Positions 26,607 to 39,681 of a stretch of 64,000 bases of DNA are shown one piece after another; the first letter of the stretch is position 1, and the number at the start of each line of letters is the position of its first letter. Source of the stretch: Tubulanus polymorphus (lineage: Eukaryota > Animalia > Nemertea). Under the pieces are notes generated by a model. It did no database searches. It saw nothing but the letters and a program-made list of their open reading frames with translations, and had not been told where the DNA came from. The DNA is taken from positions 2,294,001 through 2,358,000 of the forward strand of contig NC_134031.1 in assembly GCF_964204645.1 (NCBI RefSeq). Direction: 5' to 3'. A program made the translations under genes and the position numbers.

Positions 26607-28169
26607 GGAACCTGTTCTGTGTTTGTGTTCTGTGTTTGTGTTCGAACGTCAAACGTAAAGATTATATAGTTTATGTAGAATATTATAATTATTACACTGA
26701 CAATTAACTTATCTTTGTTGAGAATCTTCATGCAAAGAGGTCCACGGTGTAAAAGTTGTTGCACTAATAGGCCATTGTACGCCACGCGTATGTTACAATT
26801 AGATGTCGTTTTACGCTTTATGTTGTAACAATCGCCAGAATATCCGAAGCAAGCGAAGAAAATAAGTGCGTTTGATTTCACTCCGTGTTTTGATTCTTTT
26901 TTCTTAGATTTCAATAAAAAATGTTTCTAGAAGTCTACCTCGTTTTAGCCCACCCCGACCAACGTGTAATGATGGAAGAATTAGAATAATTCGAATTTGA
27001 GGGATAATCTTCCAGCTGATGTCACGCGATGATATTTTTATTTACATCGACGATTAAAAAGTTTTTTTGGCATTATTATTTTGACTGAAAATGCGTTTTA
27101 AAAACTGAATTTTTCTCTGCACCTACCTTTTACTCTGCAGTTCGGATAGGAATTGATTTTGTTCGCCAGCGACAACGCCTTTAAACTAACAGGTGGTTCC
27201 GAAATACTAGCTTAGAAATATTCAATTTGCCTTTGCAAAATGATAATATGAACGCGCTGGTGAAAAACATGTGTTTCGTTTAGTATTTTAGCATTTAGTT
27301 TGTATGACAATAATATATCCTTTGTTCTCTACCGGGCAATAGGTGCAACGCGATATCATTTTAAGTACTCTTTTCCTTAAATTTCAATTCTAAAGGGAAG
27401 GAAATCCAATCTATAATTCAAAAAAGGAGAATTTTCATTCTTCTTAGTTGGGAATCCGATATTTCAGCTATCGCTTTCAAAAAGCCATGTCCCGTTTTGA
27501 GTTCATTTCAAGTCACCAATATACAATAAGAAATACCAAATCTTTGCTAGAATTACAAAAGTACAAATATTAGAAAAATTCTCTGCGAAAAAAACCGGCG
27601 CATAAAATTACGCGAAAAATTTTCTAGCATTTATCATAGCAGCAACTATCTCGGCAAGTACGTCATTGGTTTACTTCCATTCCTCTTGGAATAGCACTGG
27701 TGCATATGTTTACCAGCATATTCTATCGGTGGTGTATACGTATACACTTTTACTTCTACCATCTTAATACCAGGATAACCGGGAGAGAATATCAACAGGG
27801 ATACAGGGCGTATTTATTGAAAAGGTAATAATCTGCTGAAAATCAAAGCTGTTCGATATGTACTGTGTATAAAGTCATCAATATTAGATGGACGTATACT
27901 TCAAAATACAAGATAAGACCTTTTGCAATCATCTTTAACGTTTGTTCTTGCACAAGTTCATTTAACTGCACAGTTCGTAGACATCGTATCTAATTATTCT
28001 AAAGGTATATTGTTATGCACAAATTTGCAGGGTTCAGTTCAGGTTTAGTCTAGAAAACCGAGGGACTTTAAGTAGCCTCAGGTGGAATCTTGGATTTCCC
28101 CAGTACCGTTGATTGAGGGTTCCCCATTAAAGGGATTGTTTGGTCTAATCAATTCTTATCTCTATTTAG

Positions 28170-29642
28170 ATGGATTCGGGTTCGTCCGATAGCGAACAAG
28201 ACAAATCAGCACCGCACATCCAGCGCCTCCTGGCGGATACCGTCATCTACAAGTCGCCGTTTAGCGATATAGCGCGGGTGATCAACGGCGGCGGAGATTT
28301 GAACAAACCGGTCGTGAAAGGTCTTTGCGCCTTACACTACGCGGTATACGATAACGATACGGATTACACGACCGAACTGATCCGTATGGGAGCTTCGGTG
28401 CACGTTACAGATGACGTAGGTTATACTCCGCTGCACATATGCGCTAAGCACGGTCACTGCGAGTGTATGCAGATTCTAATCGATAACGGCGCGTTCGTGA
28501 ACTTCTGCGGCGGCGGTAGCTCGATACCCGAAGCGTCGCAGATCTTCGGTTACCTGACCATCGAGCCGTTGAATTTAGCCATCGAAAATAACAACGTTTC
28601 CTGCGTTCGAATGCTGCTCGATCGCGGCGCCAAACCCGATAACAGATACTTTCTCGGTTACGAAATAAATCTGGTGCCTTTGGAGAATTTGAAGTGTTTA
28701 GAATTGTTGCTGAACTACGGGGCCGATCCCGACGTATTTTCGCGGTCGGGTTTGAACGCGTTGATGAAAGCGTGCAAAGAACAAAACCTCGACGCCATGA
28801 AATTACTGATTAAACACGGCGCCGACGTAAACATCAGTAATAACCCACGTTTCGACGAAAAGACCCCTCTTTACTACGCGATAATGGGCGGTAATCCTGA
28901 CGTCATTCAGATTTTGCTCGACGCGAACGTCGATTTAACGAAGCCCGTCTGTCACAATATGTTCCCGTTAACTCTCGCCGTATCTCGCGATAAGTTAGCA
29001 GTGAGTCGGCTCTTACTGGATTACGGAGCGAGTGTCGACGAAAAGAACTTCGACGGAATGAACCCGTTAATCAGTATCTGCACGTCGTCGTATCTGAAAC
29101 ATCAGTACGAATTGTTGGAACTGATTTTAGATAACGGAGCCGATCCGAACGTTCATTTCGCCTACGTGTCTCACTCGTGCCCGAGTTTGGCTCCAATCGT
29201 CGAATATTTCGTTTACAACGACGAAATCAACCCGGATCTGGTGCACGCTTTGATCAAATACGGCGCGCGGGTTACTCTGTGCGAGTCAACAACTCGCATG
29301 TTCAAAATACAAAACGCGTTCGGAATAATCAGACAGATGCACAAATTCGCGCGATATCCCGACGTTTTCAATCTGGTTCTCGATGCCGTCGACGAGTTCG
29401 AAATTCTGGCCATAAAACTGAGCAATCTGACACTGGATAAACAACAGCAAATGATCGTAATGGCGACGAATCCGATGAGTTTACGGCGTTTAGCTCGATT
29501 TAGATTGAGACGCCTGTTGAAGCCGGTTCTACCCAGACGAGTGGCCTGTCTACCCCTACCCGAACTTTTGAAGTCGTACATCCTCTACGAAGCGAAAATC
29601 GAGTCGAAATTTAGTGATAGCGACGAGGAAGATGGTGCCTGA
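28170..29642 (+). CDS. Ankyrin repeat and SOCS box protein (ASB family), single coding exon, 490 aa
   Basis: Many ankyrin repeats (GYTPLHICA, KTPLYYA, LL..GADPN) and C-terminal SOCS box PMSLRRLARFRLRR..LPLPELLKSYIL; ATG directly follows a TTTAG acceptor, implying a 5' UTR intron. Confidence 0.93.
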   Translation: MDSGSSDSEQDKSAPHIQRLLADTVIYKSPFSDIARVINGGGDLNKPVVKGLCALHYAVYDNDTDYTTELIRMGASVHVTDDVGYTPLHICAKHGHCECMQILIDNGAFVNFCGGGSSIPEASQIFGYLTIEPLNLAIENNNVSCVRMLLDRGAKPDNRYFLGYEINLVPLENLKCLELLLNYGADPDVFSRSGLNALMKACKEQNLDAMKLLIKHGADVNISNNPRFDEKTPLYYAIMGGNPDVIQILLDANVDLTKPVCHNMFPLTLAVSRDKLAVSRLLLDYGASVDEKNFDGMNPLISICTSSYLKHQYELLELILDNGADPNVHFAYVSHSCPSLAPIVEYFVYNDEINPDLVHALIKYGARVTLCESTTRMFKIQNAFGIIRQMHKFARYPDVFNLVLDAVDEFEILAIKLSNLTLDKQQQMIVMATNPMSLRRLARFRLRRLLKPVLPRRVACLPLPELLKSYILYEAKIESKFSDSDEEDGA

Positions 29643-31884
29643 ATCGGTTTACTTGTCAACTACGACGTATCCAATGTCCAATTCGATGAACAAGTTTTAG
29701 CTTAAAGCGATTAAGTTTAAATTGTTGTTTTCATTGAAAAACATGATGCAACCAATAAGCAACGAAACCACAAATTTGAGAGAAACTTTTCAGCGTAACT
29801 GTACCTGCGCTTACGAGTTTTTTCATAACGACTTTTATGGACAATTTTATGAAATTCACTTAGCCAGACTAAGAGGTTCCATTCTTTCTCTAGACGACAA
29901 GGAATACATTTTGGTGAAGTTTTCTCTACTGGGATGTCAACCACTCGAATTCAAAGCGCAATATAAAATTAGTGTAATTGTTGCATAAGAAAATCAAAAG
30001 TTTTATGATGAGATAGATTATTGTTCTATGCATGACCTTTTCGTGTCTTCCGAGCTGGGATATTTATCAATTTATCAGCATCTTATATTTTTGGCATATT
30101 CTGTTACTATACTGTACAAGCATTGCCCCCCCGTCCAAATGAGCGATAAACCTTTTGAATAGACAACCGCTTAGCTCTAGTTCTATTTAGTCTTATCTCT
30201 GGTCGTTTATCTGGTTATGTACATTTAATGCGCTAACATATACCGGGTATAGAACATGCCAATCATACAATAAAAAAATCAACCAGTTGATATAAAATAA
30301 CATACGATCGTTTGCAACGTTATCTTTGCTTCTGACGACAGCGTATACATGCTGACTAGAGTGTAAATGTGGATTTTGGTTTGGAAGCACATACTCCGGC
30401 AGTGTCGGTTAAGGCGATGGTATGCTAAATAATACCTGTATCCGCAGCTTCGGGATTGTTTATTTCGGCGAGTTTTACCAGTAGCATTTCTTAGCCTTAA
30501 GTTATTGAGAAGAATGAAGCGCATATAACAGACCAAACTCTCCTGCTGCTGCTGTTGTATACAGCATACTGATGGTGAAGAAAGCGAGCTGTATATGATA
30601 AAGTGGAACATTTTTAAGGGATTTTCTTCGGCTCGAATTCGGTTGATTTAACGACGGTACAAAAAGTACCGTTGACAGACTGTGGATACACTCGATTATG
30701 GTGTTATCAGTGAACATGATTTGGACGGTATTGTCTGTATTGTTTTTGCCGGTTAATATCATCGGCGGCGGCAAAGTCATTCCGCCACAAGGTACGAATT
30801 ATCAGAAAGGGTCATTTTTGAAAAACCTCGATCAAATCATTAGCATAAAAATTAAACTACGCAAAATATCGGGGACGTATATTAATCATTTATCGTGGTT
30901 TTTCGATTAGACAACTTTTTCGATAACATGATAGAAACTTCGAGGCTTTTGCAAAGAAACCACTTAACTCTACATGATAAAATATAGGCACGCGTCCTGG
31001 GCACGTATAGATATCTTGTTCTCCTGGGTGATTTAAAGAAATACGAAAAGAATACTGAGCTTGTTTTGTGAACAGGTGCTAACCTTAACGAGTGAAGGGG
31101 CTAACTCAATTCATTTTTAATTTAGTTAACCCCCTGGTTAAAGTTAATACCACAGTCTATAAAACCGGTACATTATCTATTAGCAAATTATAGTATGTTC
31201 CACATTAGACGCTTCTAAAATTGATTTTCAAAATATTCACGTTTTATTTCGAATTTATCCGTCATCAACTTGAAATTCCATTTCATATAATGATGGATGT
31301 CTGACAGGTACTGAATCCAGAATGCTATAGGTTTATAGTGTCCTTGTAACTTCTTGAATTGGTATTATTTAAGGTTTTCGCCTTATGAAAAATCCATTAT
31401 TTCTACTCGGCTTTGTACGATACCCAGTAAAGCAGACAGAGTCTACTGATGTACTCAACTTCTTCTGAATGTTTAATTTCGATAGATTAATTTCTAAGTT
31501 AGAAGAACAAAAGACGACACGACCGAGAACGTTTACTAAGATATTGTATCTAGGTTAGTGTAACGAAAGGTGCAGATTTTGGTACATTTTTACCTCCGAT
31601 TATAGCACGTTTCTAGGATCTTATCTACTACATAAATAATTTTGTGCCAACCCGACTTATTTGATAAGTCGAACAAACAGTCCAATGTTTTCTAGATAAT
31701 GTTGATTTTCGTTCCATAAACTTTGAACATTAATTTTTTTGGAACTGTGCAATGACTGCGCGCTGCTGTACGTTATATAAGATATTCTCCCGGTCAAAAT
31801 ACCATAAGTCATTTTAACTTGTTGCGAAATATGTTCAGATTACAAACTTGACGTCGTTATAGAAGTGAATAATACATCGTGAAA

Positions 31885-33791
31885 ATGGAAAATGACGGTA
31901 AGCGTTTAATGATACTGACTGGTAAGTTCTTTTAGCGTAGTTCAGATGGGAAATAGAGTTTGAGTATTCATAGGATATGTGTAGGGTTAGGTTACGATAG
32001 ACTAGCACAGATGATAGGATCTAAGTTCCGGATATATCAGGTATATATATAAAAGGGTATGTGGGTACTCCTTTTATCGGTATTCTTCATTAGTTCTATG
32101 TACATAATATGCCACGGTAGATTAAAATATCGAAGCTTTCGTGGTTATTATTTCCATGCGATTTTTTTCCTCGATGAAACAAACCTGTGGCGTACGTGGT
32201 GTTTACAGTGGGAGTATGGAGAAATCCGTATCGCGCAAAATTCAACAAGTTCTATTAGCATTAGACTGTGTGTAAACATACCGAAATGCATCTGATAAAC
32301 TGTAAAACACCGATAGATAATAACACGCGAGGCGTGTCGTATGTCTCATGTCGTATGTCCTATAATGTATATAGTATAGGTTATGAGGCAAATAGGTCGA
32401 GTTGACATCATGGATGATGTAGGTTGTGCACACAATGATCGTAATGCTTTGTGTCGTTCACAACATTCTCTTCTTAAAGGTAAGACCGCAGGTTTCTTTG
32501 TGGTCGGAGATGAAGCCTTTTCTATTTCATTATACAGAGCGATGCGATTGAAAATATAGATTTCGAAATACGGTTCGACCTCGTTATAACGGCGCGAGTT
32601 ATCGTTCAATATAAACCTAGAATTTCGTCCAAAATAGGACAATTTTACTGATTTCATACTGGAAACGACGAACTATCTAATTCTATTGCGGTATCAAATC
32701 CTAGTAACTACCCAAATAGGTTTACGTTTCCTTGAAGACAAACAAAGCCAATTGCTATCGTTGATACGTATTTACAATTATTCTAGAATTGTGATAAATG
32801 ATTTATCATAATTGGACTCCTCTGTCATTTTTCCTGCAGATTCATTATTCCTGCAGATTTATTCTGCAGGAATAATGACAGAGGAGTCCCATAAATTCCC
32901 ATAAATTCTAACAAACAATGTCTCTATATACATTTACGGGGTCAAATCTATCTTTCAGGTAATAAAGAAACCTCAGGTTTTAGCGCCGATGATTTGAACG
33001 TGATATTCGGTTTGTCCGGTGTTTTGATTCTAGTGATCGCCAGTGTGATCTGGTGCTGTTGTATCTACAAACATTGTCCGTGCTGCAAACCGCAAGACGA
33101 ATCGCAAGTAAACATCAATATAACAAATAACAACACGCAGAATACTGTGATCGTCACTTCCCCGCCGCCTTATAGCGAAACGGTGTCGGATCCGGGAACG
33201 CTACCTCCGAATTATAGCGATTTGAGTTTTATGCAGCCTCCCGGAACACCGCCACCCCCTCCGCGAACACCCCCTCCGTCATATACAAACCTGGCATTCG
33301 ACCAGGACGAAGCGACCGGTATCGCCTTCAACGCTAGTCGACATCGCGAAAGTGACGTTTCAGGCGATTATTCGGGCATATTCATTAGACAAATCCGCAG
33401 AAGTTTGCGAAGTGTATCGTCTTTGCAGCGACAGCGACAGCGGCAGCAGCAGCAGCAGCTGACTCCGAACACAACGCCGAATATTAGCGTGCGTGGATCG
33501 TCATCACGGGGCAGCAGTGGACGGAACACCGCTCTCACCAGGGCCAGTGTATCACCTAGCGGGAGACGGACACAACCTTTGAACGAGGACCCGATACCGC
33601 CGAATGATAATAATAATATTCGACAGATTAGCGCAGGAACGTCTGTCGCGCTAAATGACGATTCACGTCCAACCGATATCGACAGAGACGATGTTGATAA
33701 GCCGTCCGATAATATTGAAATAATCATTAATACAGCACCGCGACAGGATCAAAATATAGTTGTCACACCGGAAACCATTTTATACATGTAA
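31885..33791 (+). CDS. Single-pass membrane protein with Cys-rich juxtamembrane region and PPxY motifs (Shisa-like/WBP1/VOPP1-like architecture)
   Basis: Main exon 32959-33791 after TCTTTCAG acceptor; putative first coding exon 31885-31897 (ATGGAAAATGACG|GTAAG) is phase compatible. TM helix VIFGLSGVLILVIASVIW, CCCIYKHCPCC, then PPPY, PPNY, PPSY. Confidence 0.7.
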
Positions 33792-34068
33792 CCATTTGAA
33801 TACGAATACAGATATTTTCATATTTTTGACGATTAAAGTTGAATATAGATCACATTCAAGACGTCACACGTGCGCATTGTGACATATTAAACTGTGACTT
33901 ATTATTTCAGTTATAGCCGCTTGCAGCTGACAGACCACATGATATGCAGTGTCAGTGACGTCACCTAAATAAGGTTTATACCTCATATGTTGTATGTTGA
34001 TCGTTAACCCTTGTTGAGGATTACACCCCATCTATCGGCGGGGATATGAACTCGTTGACATCGCGAAC

Positions 34069-34314
34069 AGGGGCGGATCTAGCATCTGGTTCAGAGACGA
34101 GTTCACCCCAAAATAGCGCGTATCATACAATTAAAAGGGCACCCTAAACAAAACTTTCGGAAAAAATGAACTCGTTTTTGGAAAAACAGAGAACAAGCTT
34201 ATGAATTTAAACTTCTAAAGTATCATCTTTCATTTTCCCGTGAAATTTCGGGGCAACTTGCTATTTTTAGGTTGGTGCCCACCCCCTGCACCCTCCCCTA
34301 TAGGATCCGCCTCT
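34069..34314. mobile_element. MITE with AGGGGCGGATC terminal inverted repeats
   Basis: AGGGGCGGATCT ... GGATCCGCCTCT with a C-rich subterminal tract. Confidence 0.7.
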
Positions 34315-36057
34315 AGCGAGACTCAGCCATTTTGTTTGATACGGTATTCTACATGGCGTTGCATTATGGATACTACAACTTATAATCCGTTCAATTTAGA
34401 ATAATCACAATGATATGTAAAACCTTTTCAAAACGTTTAACATGACGTGATTTCTTCCAATGTAATTGAATAAAACAGAAAGAATCAATGCATTTATCAT
34501 ATGCTTTCTGATTACTCATTTGAAATATAAATATTTTCAACGTTTCAGCTAAAGAACATGACAACATATCCCTTTATAACAGTCCAGAGCAGTTCTTGTG
34601 TATCTAATGTATATTCGACAGCACCGGCGCTAAAAGTGTCATCTGGACCCCGTAATTCAACAGCATACGTATATAGTCGACTGTATTACCATAGGGGGCC
34701 TTTTTACTCTCAAGAGCAATAATAGCAAAGACTGCAACCACACCGGAACAGAACGCTTTCAAGAGACGTATCATATGGTCGATTTTTTTCAAATACTGGA
34801 TTGCATATAACGACATGTGTTCCATAGCGAAAAGATAATATTTGCATTTCCAGTAGATCTATACACTTTTGTGGTGATGGAATATATGGATGCCTATAGA
34901 TTTTATTGAAACCTTGGAGAGTTGTATGTTCGAAATTAGTTCATCATTTATTCCACGTTTAAGCACTTAAACTCTTCCGGGTTTCAAACATTTTCGTAAT
35001 CAAGCATGGAAAGATTCCATTTACAGGAGATATGCGGATATTTCGACAACACTTCTTTTTAGGAACTGTTCTAAATAGGAGCTCTAAATAAAATGGATTC
35101 GCGTTCGTTGAATTGTTTGACAGTCGTTTCTACATGTATTGACGTTTTTATAAGATCGCCTTGTGTGAAGTCACTAATACGATATCTAATGCGCTCGTAG
35201 CCAATTGCTCTTGGTCACGCCATGGACGGCTCCAAAACGTCGATTTTGAGTTCATGGTCACCCCTATCTTTGACCAGTGTATATATTAATTGGCAGTCAC
35301 CATCCTGATTATGATATGTGATGATGCCACCACAGTTTTATTGTAATACATTGTATAGAGAATATCAGAAGAAGGTGATCGGCATTGGACAGTTATATTC
35401 TCAGTTATTTCTTATTCCAATATAACGACTTAAACGGTTGTTTTTTTGCCTGGTCGGTGAATGTTCGGAAGTTTATAACCGTTTGGAGATGCCATACGAT
35501 AAATCATCGTCTTTCCCCCCTGTACACACGCCACCGCCGTCTTTAATAATCCGCAATTTTTCGTCCATAAATAACGTACTTACAACGAGAAATGATTCAT
35601 CAATTTATGGCGTATTTATCGAAACTTGCACCGAGTCAACTAAAAGACTTCGCGAATGTCTTGGCGCGATGTTATTTCTATCGCACGAACAGGAGCGGTG
35701 AATGTCAAATGAGGTGTAAAAATAATGACGCCTTGTTTCGTCTCATCAACCGTCACTACCAATTTCCTCTTCTCGACTTATTTTTCCCCGAAAACCTGGT
35801 GCGGAATTTTCGGTAGGTTTTGATTGGTCACTACTGGTTCTGGAATACTCTTCTGGCGCGGTCGTTTCGAACAGAATAAGCTCTAGCTATTCCGTTAATC
35901 ATCTGTTAACCTGTTAGAAGCGACCGGTAGAGAGTTTGTAATCCGGAATTGTGTATCGCCAACTGCCTTAGAATCCTTAAATTATATCACAATTTCTACG
36001 AGTACATAGGACTCTTTATTCTGCTGTTCCTGTAGAACGCCATTTGTAATTTGCACG

Positions 36058-36372
36058 TCCTCTCCTCTCTCCTCTCTCCTCTCTCCTCTCTCCTCTCTCC
36101 TCTCTCCTCTCTCCTCTCCCCTCTCCCCTCTCCCCTCTCCCCTCTCCCCTCTCCCCTCTCCCCTCTCCCCTCTCCCCTCTCCCCTCTCCCCTCTCCCCTC
36201 TCCCCTCTCCCCTCTCCCCTCTCCCCTCTCCCCTCTCCCCTCTCCCCTCTCCCCTCTCCCCTCTCCCCTCTCCCCTCTCCCCTCTCCCCTCTCCCCTCTC
36301 CCCTCTCCCCTCTCCCCTCTCCCCTCTCCCCTCTCCCCTCTCCCCTCTCTCCTCTCTCCTCTCTCCTCTCTC
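36058..36372. repeat. 7-bp polypyrimidine tandem repeat (CCCTCTC/TCCTCTC)n
   Basis: About 45 units of pure C/T; causes the spurious SPLP ORF. Confidence 0.97.
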
Positions 36373-36825
36373 CCCCGTCTTTATCTTATATAAGTAATTA
36401 ATTCTTCCAGTAATCGCGGCGATGTTGATATTATTATTGAATTAATTGTAGACACAGAGATACAATGTAATGCAATATTTCATCATTGGATTAGTAGGTT
36501 GAGATGCTGGCGTTTCGATCGACGCTGATCAACATGATTAACAATGACCCCTTATCCACCGTCGGTCGCCGGCAAATTTCATTTGACGTCTGGAATCTGG
36601 AGATGTCATCGGCCGGTTCTCGCGCGGCGCTGATAACGATCGGTGTAATTAGACTGACACGAAGAATCCGCGGCTGCTCGATGATTTAAACGCGACTGAG
36701 GAGGATCTAATCAGATAGATACAGATACTTGCCAGTTTCTATCGATTATACTCTACGACAGCGATATATATCTCTAATGAGCATGGATAATCATTAATTT
36801 AGCTGAATTGAATGCACGCGGCTCG

Positions 36826-37190
36826 TCTCCTTCTTCGCTGGGATTCGAACCCGATGACATCGCGAGACCAGTCACAGCGTGTTGTTACAGGGAAAGGATT
36901 CAATCACGTTTAGACGCAAGGCGAGCGGTTCAATCGGGTTCCCGAGTTTAAACCGTGGTGCGAGATTTACATGACAGATCACCGGAATTTGTGGATGAAT
37001 ATATTATCGTCTGTTGTTGTTGCGTACGGCACGACCAATGGAGGTCGTACAAACTATGACGTCACGTGCATGGCCTCGATAGGACAGGTGTTCGTACCGA
37101 GACAGTCTCGTGATGCTCTGTGTGAGGGAAGGGCAAGACACCGTGGTTGCCTCATGGTTACTTCAGGTTTGAATCCCGGTGAGGCAGAAA
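36826..37190. mobile_element. Degenerate inverted-repeat element related to 38939-39459
   Basis: GGGATTCGAACCCGATGACATCGCGAGAC at left, GTCTCGTGATG and TCAGGTTTGAATCCCGG inverted at right. Confidence 0.5.
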
Positions 37191-37840
37191 GCAGGGTTTG
37201 TACCAGCAATCTCATGGTGCTATATCGTGTATGAATACCTGTGAGGGTAGATAGGCCGGGGGTTTGTACTGTGACACAGTCTAATGATGGCGCACGAATC
37301 CTTGTTAGTGAGGATAAGTATTACTGTGGTAGGAATTCGTGCGTGATAAAGTCGTTCGATTCCCCGCATCGCGAGATCCATACGGATAATATCAGTACAC
37401 TAACAATCAGTTCTATGTACAATTATTTATTAAGAATAACGAAAACTTAATTGTTCATCATTTCGAGAGACACGAAAACAACTTGAAAATCGATTCATCA
37501 TCAATAATTTAAAGAATGATTAAGTCGTGTTTAGATACTTAACAAAAAAACTGTACGTGATTTTTAATTACTACCATCACAATAAACACTTTAAATAAAA
37601 TTCACATGGTATCATCTCTTGTCGATCTTTAACCCTTCGTAATGAGGAACCGTATCCCACCAGATGGCGTGTCGAGCACTCAGTTTTACGTTTTCAAAAT
37701 CAGTTCATTTTCAATTAACTTTGAACTGAATTTTTAGGCTCCCGACACAGGACCTACCAAATGTATACAAAATATTCATTTTTCTACTCAGATATTGGTA
37801 TCCATTCAGTTTTGATTGGACGCGTAAGACCGAGTAGCTA

Positions 37841-37895
37841 CTAGCGAACCTGGTGGATCCTCACCTGCCATAAGTGGAATCCTCGACTGCCACGG
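37841..37895 (+). repeat. Short dispersed repeat (also ~46860-46919, 47591-47648; partial inverted copies near 16211, 22948, 49064)
   Basis: Shared (C)ACTRG..ACCTGG.GGATCCTC.CCTGCCA....GGAATCCTCGA(T/C)TGCC(A/G)C(A/G)G with internal ~20-bp duplication. Confidence 0.75.
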
Positions 37896-38938
37896 GGGGT
37901 CGTAGTTCTCCAGCCGTTTTCTGGGATCACATAAGAAAAGAGAGAATGTCTTCTTTTACAACATAATATATACAACTACAATAACATAACCAATATTGAA
38001 TATATTTTATATGTATATAGAATATAAAGTATGGCAGCTGAAAAATGCATTTCAAAATGTGTTCATAGCTTCAAAAGAACGATGCAGTTAGAATAGCTAT
38101 AAGGCCGCTAAGCAGAGACTATCATGACGTTGACAATTGATCCAAATCACAACTTACGCTTTTTTTTAATTGCAAATATAAATTAGACTCAGAAATAAAG
38201 ACGTCTTATTAAGTTATCTGATGCTTATCCGCAGACGACTTCACCGAGATTAACTGCATCTCGATTCATGAAAACATTTCTTCACGATATTCGGAAACAT
38301 GTGGATTTCGATTCTGGATGAACAATTCCGTATGGTATTCTCAGCCACCGTTTATAAAGTATATGATCACAGTATATTCGAATCGTCCTGTTTTTATACA
38401 AAAACCGCGTTGTATTCGCGCGCAGTTGTTGTTCGTGTTTCGCGTTCAAACGATTTTCTTTTTCAATATCGAATTCGAATTGAACTAATTTGATTTTCGC
38501 CGCTCAAATGAGACTTTATCACGCGAGCGCGCGAACAAGCGACAAGCTGAAACATCTGCTTGTGAAATAGTAGTAACTTCTGGCACGCGACCCAACATCT
38601 CGCTACTCGCAGCGAGTATTAAAGCTGCACTCACACGTCACAAGGAAACACGAGTTCCGCACCTGCTGATAATGACGCACTATACAGATCTATCAAAGAT
38701 GGTGATGGTCATCTTTAGTGCAAACTATACCAGTGCCCAATTTCACAAAAAATCTAACGTTTTTGGTTTGGATCGCGATTGGTTTTCTTTACATCGTCGA
38801 TGAGGACAACAATTCAAACTAAACCAAATATAAGCTTAAACATTTTCATGAAACTGTGGACCCAGCTCCGTTATTTTCAATGATTATGTTCTTACGATTT
38901 CGAGATTCGTGGAGGAGCCTGATGTAGAATTAATATTA

Positions 38939-39459
38939 CGAGACGAATAGTCCTTTATAGGTTAACTATATTTGATGCACGAGCTTTCGCTACTAATGTA
39001 TAGTAGCATCCTCCCTCTGCAGGGACTCGAACCTGATGGCATCGCTACACTCAGCCACGGCACGAACCCCTGCATCAGTAGACCGGGTGCGCAGGTACAT
39101 GCGCAGCTTTCCGAACGAAAACTGGCGGCACCAATCAGATTGCTCGTTGTATAATCGTTGAGGCAAATTTCAAGGAAGATCTATAAATGGGAAAACCCGG
39201 GCTAAAATAAAACGGGATTTCTGATTGGCTAAAAATCACATCATCTGAACTGCGCATGTATCTGCGCACACGGTCGATTATGGCAGGGTTTGTGCCGTGG
39301 CAATCTCGATGCCATCAGGTTCGAATCCCTGCGGGGGGAGGATGGTATAGTAGCTGCATCAAGTGAATGAGTGACTCATGATGTAGCTACTAGATACTAG
39401 AGTAGCGAAAACCCGTGCGTCAAATAAACTATTTAATCTATAAAGTACTATTCGTCTCG
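38939..39459. mobile_element. Fold-back/MITE element with ~170-210-bp inverted arms, each containing a tRNA-type B-box
   Basis: Arm 38939-39107 is the reverse complement of 39247-39459 (CGAGACGAATAGT...ACTATTCGTCTCG); GGGACTCGAACC and GGTTCGAATCCC lie within the arms. Confidence 0.85.
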
Positions 39460-39681
39460 ATGTATTCTATTTTCTGGGAAAGATCCAATATACAAGAAAT
39501 ATGATGTCATTGAGGCGATGCTGCCCAAGAACTACATCCTCCCCCGGCAGGGATTCGAACCTGGTCAGACTGGCCCGTGCTTACATAGAACGCTCGTGAC
39601 TTTAATGATTTGTACGATTAAGGCTTGTATGGGATCTTTTTTACACTCTATTTAAAACGCGAATTGAACGAACGCCGCAGA

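Larger units (their letters stand above)
22209..28273. repeat. Tandem segmental duplication, unit B (paralogous to 15468-21529)
   Basis: See unit A; this unit continues into the intact ankyrin/SOCS gene. Confidence 0.93.

Noticed and set aside
34604-35330. Faint ankyrin-like words on the minus strand (RMLLNYGV, NQDGDCQLIY)
   Set aside because: Short, interrupted by stops, no consistent frame or splice structure; cannot be supported without a profile search.
38990-39565. tRNA genes suggested by GGTTCGAATCCC motifs
   Set aside because: No cloverleaf or convincing A-box at the right spacing; the motifs sit inside repeat arms.
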